DNA of 45,080 bases, from IMG/VR virus record IMGVR_UViG_3300005095_000053, positions 1 through 45,080 of that record; one strand, 5' to 3'. This document shows, piece by piece, positions 29,608-39,235 of the stretch. Both the position numbers and the translations under genes were made by a program. The stretch's first letter is position 1; each line of letters begins with the position of its first letter. This stretch comes from a virus. Lineage: Duplodnaviria > Caudoviricetes. Below the pieces are notes generated by a model. The model did not search any database, was not told the DNA's origin, and saw only the letters and a list, made by a program, of their open reading frames with translations.

Positions 29608-30242
29608 TGTTTTCCTTTAAAACATTTTTTATAGTTTGCTTTATACCAAAGATATTTTTTTGATAAATCTTTTTGAAATTTTCCATCAACTATAGAACCA
29701 ACTCTGCTGTTTATTTCTTTTGCAACTTCTTTTAATACACATTCTGGTTCATATCCAAGTTTCATAATTGCTCCTATTGAGAACACAATAATATCTGCAA
29801 ATCCATCTACTATTTCATCACAATTTCCTTTTTTGCAAAAATCATTTGCATTAACAATTTCAAAATCTGTTGTAATAGAATCTTTATTTGTATGAGACTT
29901 AAAATAACCATCATCAACAAGTTGTTTGATATATTCTCTTAAATGTGTTTTTAATTTGTTTCTTTTTTCTTTATCTAGTTCTAATCCAAGCATTTCAAAC
30001 AATTCTTCTAAAATATTTACAGCTTCATTGCTCCAAATAAGATTTTGTTTATCAAGTAATCTATCAGTTTGAAATTTTTTTATTTTTTCTATAGGATTAG
30101 TACTTGTATTTATTATTTCAATCGCTCTATCTATTTTATTTCTCATCTTTATTGCACTATTATGTCTTCTGCATTCATCAAGTTCATCACTAAAATCAAA
30201 CATCTCATGTAAAATATTAAGTAAAGAATCTTGTTCAAGCAT
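29604..30242 (-). CDS. MazG-like NTP pyrophosphohydrolase
   Basis: NILEELFE...EIVDGFADIIVF..G...LG...VLKEV..EINSR...DGKFQK. Confidence 0.7.
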   Translation of the reverse strand: MLEQDSLLNILHEMFDFSDELDECRRHNSAIKMRNKIDRAIEIINTSTNPIEKIKKFQTDRLLDKQNLIWSNEAVNILEELFEMLGLELDKEKRNKLKTHLREYIKQLVDDGYFKSHTNKDSITTDFEIVNANDFCKKGNCDEIVDGFADIIVFSIGAIMKLGYEPECVLKEVAKEINSRVGSIVDGKFQKDLSKKYLWYKANYKKCFKGKQ

Positions 30243-30501
30243 TGTTCCTCCTTTTATTTGTTATTTTCCATTTTTTTATTTTGTCTAAATGTTTTCTTTT
30301 TTTTTCAAGCAAGCTTACTATTGAGTTAATTAAATAACAATCATCATTACAATTTATTTTATTTCTTAAATTGTTTTCTAATATTGAAATATCAATACTT
30401 ATTTCATTTATTAATTCATCAATTGTTTTTCTATGTTTTAATAAATATTCATCAAGATCTATTCCATAAAGTTCATCATATGAAAAATCATTATTTTTCA
30501 T
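30235..30501 (-). CDS. Hypothetical protein
   Basis: 88-aa helical ORF; AAGGTGG RBS. Confidence 0.6.
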   Translation of the reverse strand: MKNNDFSYDELYGIDLDEYLLKHRKTIDELINEISIDISILENNLRNKINCNDDCYLINSIVSLLEKKRKHLDKIKKWKITNKRRNNA

Positions 30502-30511
30502 TGAACCACCT

Positions 30512-30736
30512 TTAATTTTGATTGTTATTTCTTTTGTTTAAATAAAAAATCCATTCGTCTAATTCATTTTTTATGTATTCAATATCTTTATGTGATAATC
30601 CTAATTCAACAGCAAGTTCTTGTAATTCATAATTTGTTGGTTCTTCATAAAAAAAATGGAAAAACATGTTTTTCTTTATTACAAAAATATCTTTTCCATT
30701 TTTATCAAGTCCAAAAATTATGTCAATATTTTTCAT
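30512..30736 (-). CDS. Hypothetical protein
   Basis: 74-aa ORF; AAGGAG RBS. Confidence 0.6.
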   Translation of the reverse strand: MKNIDIIFGLDKNGKDIFVIKKNMFFHFFYEEPTNYELQELAVELGLSHKDIEYIKNELDEWIFYLNKRNNNQN

Positions 30737-30831
30737 TTAGTACTCCTTATAAATTTATTTGTTTTTATTAGTTTAAGAATTTATTCAAAAAAAGAACCAC
30801 TAATGAATATTTATGCAACAAATCATCATAA

Positions 30832-31626
30832 TTATTTTTTGTTTTTAATTCTTTTATAATTGTTTTTTATTTTTTCATTTGTTAAAATTAACTCTCTGTA
30901 ATCACTAGGTAAAGCATCAATCATATCAACACATAATTGTTGAAATTCTTGCAATGCATCTTTGCTTGTTCTTAATTCTAATAGATGAATTAATGATCTT
31001 AAATTAAATGAATATTGTCCTTTAAATTTAAATGCTTCTGGTAAAGCATATTTTGCTATATCATTACTAACTCCACTAACTAAATCCTGTCTTAAATTTT
31101 CAAGAGCCAAAATTGAATTATAATCTGTTCTATCATTTCCAGTAAAATATAAATATTTGCTTGCTCTTTTCCCGACTTCAGTATTTTGGCAATTAAAATC
31201 ACTATCTAAATGAAATGGTTTTTCATTCTTTAATGAATTTAGATTATCTCCATTAGTTCCTTTTGTTAATGTATATCTTGTTGACATCACTGTTGCACTT
31301 ATACCTATTCTATGGCGTGATAATTGTTGTAATAATGCTCTACTTGATTCTATTTCATAAATGATTAATGAATGTTCTAAAACACTTTCATGTTTCATTT
31401 TAAAACCAACTCTTTTTATTAAATCAAAATCTTTATCTCCTAATATACAAGTTGTTGGAACAACTTGTTGTATAAAATCTTCTTTTGTCGCATCAATTGT
31501 TTTATTCCAGTCTTCTATATCAAGTTTTAAAAATTTTGAATCACTTAAATGATGATTACCATGACTATATCTTATACCATTTGCAATAAACCATAATGGT
31601 GATGAATAAAGTAATTTTGCACTCAT
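30832..31626 (-). CDS. thyX: Flavin-dependent thymidylate synthase
   Basis: HESVLEH, SRALLQQLSRHR.....VMSTRY, AKYALP, NLRSL.HLLELR. Confidence 0.93.
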   Translation of the reverse strand: MSAKLLYSSPLWFIANGIRYSHGNHHLSDSKFLKLDIEDWNKTIDATKEDFIQQVVPTTCILGDKDFDLIKRVGFKMKHESVLEHSLIIYEIESSRALLQQLSRHRIGISATVMSTRYTLTKGTNGDNLNSLKNEKPFHLDSDFNCQNTEVGKRASKYLYFTGNDRTDYNSILALENLRQDLVSGVSNDIAKYALPEAFKFKGQYSFNLRSLIHLLELRTSKDALQEFQQLCVDMIDALPSDYRELILTNEKIKNNYKRIKNKK

Positions 31627-31643
31627 TTTTTCCTCCTTTATAT

Positions 31644-32027
31644 TTATTTATTTAATGCAATAAATCTATTTTTTGATTCTATTAATATTTGTTTTATTTT
31701 TTTGTAATTTATTTTTTTAGAATTAAATACAATATCTATCATCTCTTTTGCTGCTAATAAATCAATGACTGAATTATTTTTTATATCATGCTTTTTCAAC
31801 ATTCCAACAATATACTTATATTGTGGATTCTCATTTACATCTGGATATACAAAATGTCTAAATACTACCAGATCTTTTATATGTTTTTTGTTCGATGAAG
31901 AATTGTTGTCTATATTTTCAAATATAAGAACTCTTGTATTTAATCTATTACAATCAACTATTATTTCATATTCTGTTTTCCAATAATCTTCAACAAATTT
32001 TTTCATTTTGTCTATAATGCAATTCAT
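31644..32027 (-). CDS. Hypothetical protein
   Basis: 127-aa ORF; AAGGAG RBS. Confidence 0.6.
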   Translation of the reverse strand: MNCIIDKMKKFVEDYWKTEYEIIVDCNRLNTRVLIFENIDNNSSSNKKHIKDLVVFRHFVYPDVNENPQYKYIVGMLKKHDIKNNSVIDLLAAKEMIDIVFNSKKINYKKIKQILIESKNRFIALNK

Positions 32028-32044
32028 AATATGCTCCTTATTGT

Positions 32045-32272
32045 TTAAAATTCATCAGTTGAGTTAAATGTTAATTTCTCTTTTTTTATATTAAAATAAA
32101 CATAATACGATTTTAATAATTTTGATTTACTCATCATTCTATTTCCAACATAATTATGTACAAAATCATCAGTTTCTGCACAATAAAAGGTATTTTCTTT
32201 AGAACCACATTTGGTGAATGTGGCTCTCATAACATCTTCTTTTGCTAATCTTGTAATTTCATCTTTTAACAT
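32045..32272 (-). CDS. Hypothetical protein
   Basis: 75-aa ORF; AGGAGG RBS. Confidence 0.6.
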   Translation of the reverse strand: MLKDEITRLAKEDVMRATFTKCGSKENTFYCAETDDFVHNYVGNRMMSKSKLLKSYYVYFNIKKEKLTFNSTDEF

Positions 32273-32285
32273 AGTGTTCCTCCTT

Positions 32286-34367
32286 TTATCTCTTATTTTT
32301 TATTGATCTAATAATTTTATTTAACTCACTAATATTAAGCGGTTTATCTAATTTATGGTTTGTTTCATGTAATATTCTTTCTACAAGCTCAATATCATCA
32401 GATATATCACTAACAAACATACCAAGTCTAAATAAGTTGTTGTTTCTGTTTCCTTCATATGTATTTGATAATGTCCACCTTATCATTCCATTTATTCTTT
32501 TTTCTAATTCATCATCATTAATTTTTATATCTTTTAATTTTGATAGTTGGGTATTTGTTTTTTCATTTAATTCAGTGTCTGGTAAATATGGCAAAACATC
32601 AAAAAGTTCTCCATTTTCATTTTTAAATACAATAGCATCTGGATTTGTAAACCATAACCTATCAATATTTCTTGTTGATACATCATAAGAACCTACTCCT
32701 AATGCTTCACATATATTTGTTATTAATTGTTTATGTTGTTCATTATCAACAAAAAATTTTGTTTTTGTTGGTAATATTATTCTAAATCTATCACAGATTA
32801 TTCCATTTTTTTCTTTTCTATGTGATTTTGTTGTATATATCAAATAAACATAGTTATTCATAATATCTAAAATATCATCTATCAAAACACCATTATCAAC
32901 ATCTATTCCTATTAAATTTTGGCCTTCTATAATATTGTCCGATTTTCTTTTACCATTTTTAAAATGAACAAAACAAAAATTACTAACTTTTTCTGAAGTA
33001 ATCAATCTTTCTACTGATTGTTTTTCAATTCCAAAAAATGGTATTTCAACTGAAATATATTCAGTTGTTTTTTCTTTCTTATCAACCATTGGTATTGATA
33101 CCACACATTTATTTAAATCATTCAATGGTAGTGGTTCTATTGAATAAAATTTTACTTTAGAACCATTTGTCTTTAATATTTCATTGTTTCTATAACATAA
33201 CTCTTCTACTAATTTTATATCCTCATTAAAAGTAAGTCTATTAAAAATATCTTTTTCAAGTATTTCAGATTTTGTTAGTTTTTTATAATGTTTTATAATA
33301 TTGTAAATCCTTTTGTGTTGTGGTTCAACATTAAATAAACTAAAATTTGTTTGTCTACATCTAGAATAAAAATCATATGCATATTCAACATTTCTACTAT
33401 CAACATTATCACTACCATTAACAATGGCATGTAATGCACTAAGTTTTAATATTTTTTCAAAAGATCCTATTTCAGCACTCATTCTAGAATCATTTTTATG
33501 TTTGTTAGAAAAAGTAACTAATTCATTGTTGATAAAATCAAGAATTTCAAGTGCATCTGTATTAATGCTTATTATTGAATCAAGCCCTGTTTTCATAACT
33601 GATTTGTTATTAGAGATAAATTCTCTAACATTATCTTTGTAAATTGGTTGTTTTATTGTATAATTATTGTTATTAATTTCAATATCTCGTGGTTCTTCAT
33701 AAAAAATAAATGTTCTACGATACATTCCAGATGATAATGTTTTATTAAACAATTCATATATTTTCGGATCTCTCTTTAATGCTATTGATGAGCCAAATAA
33801 TAATGCATTTGTTCTTATTCCATATAAATTTTCATTTATGTTTGCTTTTATTATTTTTCCTATAAATTTTCCATCATATAATTCTTTTAATGTATCTATT
33901 GTACTATTAGACATAATATCTAGTATTTCTTCATTGATTAGATTTAGTGAACCACTAAAAGCTCTTGATAATGCTAACGCTCTTAAATATAACCCTTCTC
34001 TTGTTCCTTCTATTGAGTTTTCAAAATCTGGTAAAAAACTTTTTATTTTTAATTTATTGCCATCTATTATTATTTCTTCTTGATATTTATTATTTTGATC
34101 ATATGCAAATTGTATTGCATACTTCCATTTTTCTATAATTTCTCCATAATAATCTTTGATTTTTTTATATGAAAAACTTTTACCAGAACCACTTCCAGCT
34201 AATGTAATTCCATAATAATTTACTTGATAAAAATTGTTTTTATATTCAATTGCTGGATTTACAATAGAAATAATAGATGATGTTGCAAACCAAAATGCAT
34301 TTTCTATTATTTCATTACTTGTTTTAAATCTTCCAAGTGAATTTACATAGTCAATTATATCTTTCAT
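32286..34367 (-). CDS. Primase with N-terminal P-loop ATPase and C-terminal PriCT-like domain (N4 gp43-like architecture)
   Basis: AGSGSGKS; GIDVDNG, YTTKSH, DRFRIILP; EGNRNNNLFRLG. Confidence 0.8.
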   Translation of the reverse strand: MKDIIDYVNSLGRFKTSNEIIENAFWFATSSIISIVNPAIEYKNNFYQVNYYGITLAGSGSGKSFSYKKIKDYYGEIIEKWKYAIQFAYDQNNKYQEEIIIDGNKLKIKSFLPDFENSIEGTREGLYLRALALSRAFSGSLNLINEEILDIMSNSTIDTLKELYDGKFIGKIIKANINENLYGIRTNALLFGSSIALKRDPKIYELFNKTLSSGMYRRTFIFYEEPRDIEINNNNYTIKQPIYKDNVREFISNNKSVMKTGLDSIISINTDALEILDFINNELVTFSNKHKNDSRMSAEIGSFEKILKLSALHAIVNGSDNVDSRNVEYAYDFYSRCRQTNFSLFNVEPQHKRIYNIIKHYKKLTKSEILEKDIFNRLTFNEDIKLVEELCYRNNEILKTNGSKVKFYSIEPLPLNDLNKCVVSIPMVDKKEKTTEYISVEIPFFGIEKQSVERLITSEKVSNFCFVHFKNGKRKSDNIIEGQNLIGIDVDNGVLIDDILDIMNNYVYLIYTTKSHRKEKNGIICDRFRIILPTKTKFFVDNEQHKQLITNICEALGVGSYDVSTRNIDRLWFTNPDAIVFKNENGELFDVLPYLPDTELNEKTNTQLSKLKDIKINDDELEKRINGMIRWTLSNTYEGNRNNNLFRLGMFVSDISDDIELVERILHETNHKLDKPLNISELNKIIRSIKNKR

Positions 34368-34990
34368 TTTAACTCTCCTTTTATAAATTTTTGTCTTATT
34401 TTTTTTAAATAATCATAACTAATGTAATCTTTTCCATATATTTTTGTTATTTTTTGATATATATCTTTTGGTTTTAAACTTTTATTCACTCTTAAGAACC
34501 TCAACACAAGTTCTTTTTTTTCACCACTTTTATCTATTTGTCTATAACCATTCTCAATCATCCAGTCAATAATTCCATATTTATATGCAAGTTTTTTTAT
34601 TCTGTCAGTTTTTATTCCATATTTTTTTTCAACACATGAAACTATGAAATTACATTTTCTCAACATTGTTTTTAAATTACTTTTTGATACATATTTTCTT
34701 CTTCTTCTATATTTTTTTGCTCCAGCAAGTCTTGCAACAACAGATACATATTCTTTGTTTGAATATCCAAGAATTTCAGCTATTTTTGAATTTGAAAATC
34801 CTAGATCTCTTAATTCTGCAACTCTTTTTTTTCTTTCTTCTACAAGTGATATATTGAACCACCTTAACATTCCTTTTATCTCATTTACTGAAACTCCAAG
34901 ATAATTTGCAATATCTTTTGAATTTATTTTATCTGGATTTTCTTTTATAAAATTTAATACTTTTTCTTTATTTTCTTGTGTATATTTCAT
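34364..34990 (-). CDS. Multi-HTH DNA-binding protein
   Basis: SKDIANYLGVS and SNSKIAEILGYS tandem HTH motifs; very basic. Confidence 0.65.
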   Translation of the reverse strand: MKYTQENKEKVLNFIKENPDKINSKDIANYLGVSVNEIKGMLRWFNISLVEERKKRVAELRDLGFSNSKIAEILGYSNKEYVSVVARLAGAKKYRRRRKYVSKSNLKTMLRKCNFIVSCVEKKYGIKTDRIKKLAYKYGIIDWMIENGYRQIDKSGEKKELVLRFLRVNKSLKPKDIYQKITKIYGKDYISYDYLKKIRQKFIKGELK

Positions 34991-35007
34991 TTTTTGATCT
35001 CCTATTT

Positions 35008-35766
35008 TTAAAGATCTATTTGCATTGGATTCTTTTTAAAATTTTTATACCACAAACATTTATCATTGTATGAACAATATTTTTTACATCTTATCGGTTC
35101 TGATCTACCTTTACTTTTTCTCCACCATAAATCTTCACAATGAATATTTTTTATCTCGTCATCACTTAATTTTTCTAATGCATTGATTTTATCAATAATT
35201 TCATAAAATCTTTTTTCTACATCCAGATAAGAGACATCTATTTCAATTAAGTCTAGTGATAAAATATCAATATTTTTTGAAATGTTGTATCCTCCATCTT
35301 TTAAAACAAACAAAATTCCAGTTTTAAAGTCAGTTTTAAACACATTATTAGCAAGATATTTGTATACGGCTAATTGCCATCTGTATTGGTGGTTCTTATC
35401 CTTAAGTACATTTTCTATTGTGTATGATTTTGTTGTTTTTATATCTATGATCCATTCGTTGTTCATTAAATCAATAGAACCACTCAATTTCCATCCATTG
35501 TCAAATGGTTTTTCAATTGATAATTCAATTTCAAAATCATCATATAATATTCTTTGTATAGCTAAATGTAATAATGTTCCTATTGTATTTTGTCCAAATT
35601 CTTCTTTTTCAATAACTCCATATTTTTGTTTATAATATATTTGTAAAATATCAGATCCAAATTCACTTGCCGTTATTGTTTTTGAATTTGGCTCTGTGTT
35701 ACCCTGATATTTTGTCTCATCAACTAATCTTTTTTTAATTAATTCTAATATATCTTGTGATTTCAT
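35008..35766 (-). CDS. Cas4-like PD-(D/E)XK exonuclease
   Basis: GTLLH, LSGSID...IIDIKT, QLAVY, C-terminal RC..YC.Y...C. Confidence 0.8.
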   Translation of the reverse strand: MKSQDILELIKKRLVDETKYQGNTEPNSKTITASEFGSDILQIYYKQKYGVIEKEEFGQNTIGTLLHLAIQRILYDDFEIELSIEKPFDNGWKLSGSIDLMNNEWIIDIKTTKSYTIENVLKDKNHQYRWQLAVYKYLANNVFKTDFKTGILFVLKDGGYNISKNIDILSLDLIEIDVSYLDVEKRFYEIIDKINALEKLSDDEIKNIHCEDLWWRKSKGRSEPIRCKKYCSYNDKCLWYKNFKKNPMQIDL

Positions 35767-35786
35767 TTTTTCCTCCTTGTTTATTT

Positions 35787-36079
35787 TTATTTTTTTATTT
35801 CTCCTAAAAGATTTAATCTAGCATTATTTGTTAAATAATAAATTCTTTTTCCTTTTGGTTTAAATAAAAATCTAATTTTTTCTATTAAAAAATCCAGTGC
35901 ATCACAAAAACATTTTTCATCAAAACAATGCAAATCAAATAAGTCATCTCTTATATCATTTGAGAGAATGTAAAATATATTTTTTTTTCATCAAAATAAA
36001 CAATTTTAAAAAATACAGATGATATTGTATAAATACAAGTTTCTATATTTGAATAATTTTTTGATAGATATTCTCTCAT
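35787..36079 (-). pseudogene. About 97-aa ORF split by a frameshift in an A9 run
   Basis: Frame 0 from ATG 36079 stops at 35951; the -1 frame after the A run (35980-35988) is open to TAA at 35787. Confidence 0.5.
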
Positions 36080-36080
36080 C

Positions 36081-36509
36081 TCATCTATCAAATTCACTAT
36101 TTTCATTTTTAAACTCCTTTTTATTGTAATACATTAAATTATTTTTATAATCGCTTATTGATTTATTAAAAAATAATGGATTTATTGTAATGATAGAACC
36201 ACTTCTTGAAATAAAACCTATTTCTTTTAATTCTTTCATATATTTTTTTATTAATGATTCTGAAACATTTATTTTCTTTGCAAGATATTTATTTGTTGCT
36301 CTTAATTGATTGTTTTTTCTTGCATGTGTAAGTATATATTTTATCAGTCTACCTTTTGAGCCTAACAAATTGAATAATGAATAAAATTCATTAAATACAA
36401 TGTTAAATTTTCTTTTTATTTTTTTCTTTTCTGTCAAGTGTGGATCATAAACCAAATCAATTGTCTTTGTCTCATTATTTTTGTTTACAAGCTCTAGTTT
36501 TCTATACAT
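36081..36509 (-). CDS. RepL-like winged-HTH protein
   Basis: AGGAG RBS before ATG 36509; TNKYLAKKINVSESLIKKYMKELKEIGFISR....INP. Confidence 0.65.
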   Translation of the reverse strand: MYRKLELVNKNNETKTIDLVYDPHLTEKKKIKRKFNIVFNEFYSLFNLLGSKGRLIKYILTHARKNNQLRATNKYLAKKINVSESLIKKYMKELKEIGFISRSGSIITINPLFFNKSISDYKNNLMYYNKKEFKNENSEFDR

Positions 36510-36533
36510 AAAATACTCCTTTACTATAAAAAA

Positions 36534-36598
36534 GTACAAAAATATTGTACCAAAAAAAAGTACAAAAATATTGTACTCTTGGTACAATATTTTTGTAC
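36534..36598. promoter_or_regulatory. Three 17-bp quasi-palindromic repeats (operator or iteron-like)
   Basis: GTACAAAAATATTGTAC at 36534-36550 and 36560-36576, inverted copy at 36582-36598. Confidence 0.75.
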
Positions 36599-36754
36599 TT
36601 TTAAAAATAGCTATACTTTCCGAAATCTAGGGAATATAAAGCAATCTGTAAAAATTTTTTCTATATATATAGAAAAAAATAAAAAAATTAATTTTTTTTG
36701 TTTTTTTAAAAAAAAGAAAATTACAGAATAAAAGGAGAAAAAAAAATCAACAGA

Positions 36755-37363
36755 TTAAAAATCTGGTATATTATCTGTTGATGGTTCTCTTTGTTGTTTG
36801 TTTTCTTCTTTAAAAACTGGTTTTTTCTCTATTCTATTTTTTAATTTTTCAATACATTCAGTATCTTCTGCACAACATACATCAACTAATTCATATCTTG
36901 TTTTTTCTTCACCATTTTGATTATAGTAAATTCTATCTCTAATACCAAATGCAAATTTTTTGTTAATTACATCTTTTACAGATGGTAGTTTTTTAACTTC
37001 TCCCCATACTTCAACTGCTTTTTCTTCAAAAGTTAATTGATTAACTCTTTTACCTAAACATTTTGCCATCTTGTCTAAAATTACTAATCCACTAAAATAT
37101 CCACCATTTGAATTTTTAACTGATCCATCTGATTTCTTAACCATTCTCTCAACTGCCCAACCTACTAGTCTTAATTCAATATCATTTGGAATTTCTCCAA
37201 TATCTATAATAAAATTTACATATGCTGTTCCATTTTGAGTCTTATCTAAAAATGCATTTCTTACTACACCTAAATAAACTCCAGGAGTTAATTTTTCATA
37301 ACTCCCTTGTTTTTCTTCTTGTTCATCAAGTTCTTGTAAATTTACTTGTTTTAACCAATCCAT
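36755..37363 (-). CDS. Single-stranded DNA-binding protein
   Basis: L.PGVY.G.V...F OB-type start, acidic C-terminal tail ending DNIPDF, near the Sak4-like gene. Confidence 0.65.
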   Translation of the reverse strand: MDWLKQVNLQELDEQEEKQGSYEKLTPGVYLGVVRNAFLDKTQNGTAYVNFIIDIGEIPNDIELRLVGWAVERMVKKSDGSVKNSNGGYFSGLVILDKMAKCLGKRVNQLTFEEKAVEVWGEVKKLPSVKDVINKKFAFGIRDRIYYNQNGEEKTRYELVDVCCAEDTECIEKLKNRIEKKPVFKEENKQQREPSTDNIPDF

Positions 37364-37431
37364 TTTCTACTCCTTTCATGTTTTTTTAATTGTTTTATAA
37401 AAATGTTGTTTGTTTTTTTTTAAATTGTGAA

Positions 37432-37638
37432 TTATTTATATTTTTGATTATTGTTAAATTTATTAGCTATCACTAGCTCTAATTCTGTTGTTAGAAAATC
37501 TTCTTTGTTTGAATTTAAGTAAATTCCATCTTTAACTCCTTTCATTTCAATTTCAATTCTTATTGAATTTATATCTTTACAACATAATCTTTCTCTAATT
37601 AAGTCAAATAATTCTCTTTTTGTAATATGAATTTCCAT
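37432..37638 (-). CDS. Hypothetical protein
   Basis: 68-aa ORF; AGGAG RBS. Confidence 0.6.
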   Translation of the reverse strand: MEIHITKRELFDLIRERLCCKDINSIRIEIEMKGVKDGIYLNSNKEDFLTTELELVIANKFNNNQKYK

Positions 37639-37641
37639 TTT

Positions 37642-37905
37642 TTACTCCTTTTGCATTTTTTCTTGATAATCTTGCAACTCAAACCATGCTTTTATAGCCT
37701 CTTCTTCACTATCAAAAAATCTTGCAACAGCTTTATTTTTTAAAAAACCATAAACTGCAAAAATAGAACCACCACAGGGATGGAAAACAGAGACTAAATT
37801 TTTTTTGTTTTTATATTTATGCTCTATTGTTTTCAGGTGGTTCTTTATATACATTCTTTCTTCATGTGATATATATTCATGAATGTTATTCTCTATTTCC
37901 ATCAT
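37642..37905 (-). CDS. Hypothetical protein
   Basis: 87-aa ORF; GAGGA RBS. Confidence 0.6.
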   Translation of the reverse strand: MMEIENNIHEYISHEERMYIKNHLKTIEHKYKNKKNLVSVFHPCGGSIFAVYGFLKNKAVARFFDSEEEAIKAWFELQDYQEKMQKE

Positions 37906-38251
37906 CTTCCTCTAATTGTTTAATAAATGACATTGTGTATGATAATACAACTGCATCAGTTTCACTATTTTCTTCATTGTACCATTTTTGCAAAATTTCT
38001 AATAATTTTGATCTCAATCTATGTATAAGCAATTCATAGTTACTAGTATATTTAACGCCATACTCTATTAATAGAAATGGCAAATACCAGTGATTATTTT
38101 TTAACATTATTTTTGCAAGTGCAAAATAACTTGCATCTCTTAAAGAACTATATTTGTAATCTTTACCATGTACTAATATTTTTAATTCTTCATCAAACAA
38201 TTTAGACATTTTTTTTATGTCATTATAGTCACTAAATTTCAAGATTTTCAT
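37886..38251 (-). CDS. Hypothetical protein
   Basis: 121-aa ORF; GAGGAG RBS. Confidence 0.6.
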   Translation of the reverse strand: MKILKFSDYNDIKKMSKLFDEELKILVHGKDYKYSSLRDASYFALAKIMLKNNHWYLPFLLIEYGVKYTSNYELLIHRLRSKLLEILQKWYNEENSETDAVVLSYTMSFIKQLEEDDGNRE

Positions 38252-38927
38252 TTTTAACTCCTCTTAATAAATTTATTATTTTTTGCATATCGTAAAGTGC
38301 ATCATTTTCATATATTACTGTTGGAATTCCAAAATCAATTAATCTATTTTTTCCTACAGCATCTTCTGTTGGTTCTGATATAAGAACCCTTTTTCCTTCA
38401 TTATCAATTACAATATGTCCAACAAAATCAAAATAAGATGGAATAGTACTTTTAAATCTATTTGCCTTATACATTGGATGTTTTATTAAATAACCACCAT
38501 CATTAACTTCTTCTTCTAATGCTGTAATAATTATATTTTTATCTATTGCTAAAATGTCTTCTAATCTTTGCCTTGATATAGTATCAAAATCACCCCATAA
38601 TTTCATTGAATCTCTTTTATCAGGATAAACTTTACTTAATGCAACGAATAACATTTCTCCATATCTTGTAAGAGAATCTATTACAATAGTATCATAATCT
38701 TGTTTTTTTACCCATTCTAAAACATCTTTAAATTGTTTTGCATTTGAAATTGGAATAACATCTATATCTTTATTTTTCACTGATGCACTACCTTTTTCTA
38801 AATCAAGAACCACTGCATTTTCAACAGAACCAGCCAAATGTGTTTTTCCAACACCACTTCTACCATATAATAATGCTTTTAAATTTTTTGCGATTAAATC
38901 TTTTGGTTTGATAGGTTTAAAATCCAT
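38232..38927 (-). CDS. Sak4-like AAA ATPase (ssDNA annealing)
   Basis: LLYGRSGVGKT, LDLEKG, TIVIDSLT, FDFVG, GKNR. Confidence 0.85.
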   Translation of the reverse strand: MDFKPIKPKDLIAKNLKALLYGRSGVGKTHLAGSVENAVVLDLEKGSASVKNKDIDVIPISNAKQFKDVLEWVKKQDYDTIVIDSLTRYGEMLFVALSKVYPDKRDSMKLWGDFDTISRQRLEDILAIDKNIIITALEEEVNDGGYLIKHPMYKANRFKSTIPSYFDFVGHIVIDNEGKRVLISEPTEDAVGKNRLIDFGIPTVIYENDALYDMQKIINLLRGVKNENLEI

Positions 38928-38950
38928 TTTATCTCCTTTTCTTTGATTTT

Positions 38951-39217
38951 TTATTTATAAGTTTCATATCTAATAACATCAACTAAACCATACAATAACT
39001 CATCTACACTATATTTACTAAATATTGGAGTTATATCTCCTGAAATTTTTTGTTTTATTGTATAAATATCAACTTCAAATTGAGAACCACTATTGCAAAA
39101 ATGTCTTATACATACATCAATTTTATTTGATGTATAAAACTCTATTGCCTTGAAAAATTCTTTTTCATTTGTTAAAATAACATGCACTCCTATACCAAGT
39201 CTAGTTCTTGTTCTCAT
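38951..39217 (-). CDS. Hypothetical protein
   Basis: 88-aa ORF; AAGGAG RBS. Confidence 0.6.
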   Translation of the reverse strand: MRTRTRLGIGVHVILTNEKEFFKAIEFYTSNKIDVCIRHFCNSGSQFEVDIYTIKQKISGDITPIFSKYSVDELLYGLVDVIRYETYK

Positions 39218-39235
39218 TAGGCTCTCCTTTTTTTT

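Noticed and set aside
28879-31626. Z-base or other hypermodified-base pathway
   Set aside because: No PurZ, Que enzymes, glycosyltransferase or dedicated polymerase was recognised.
35008-35766. Cas4-like gene as part of a CRISPR system
   Set aside because: No repeat-spacer array or other cas genes; such nucleases are common next to phage Sak4/SSB genes.
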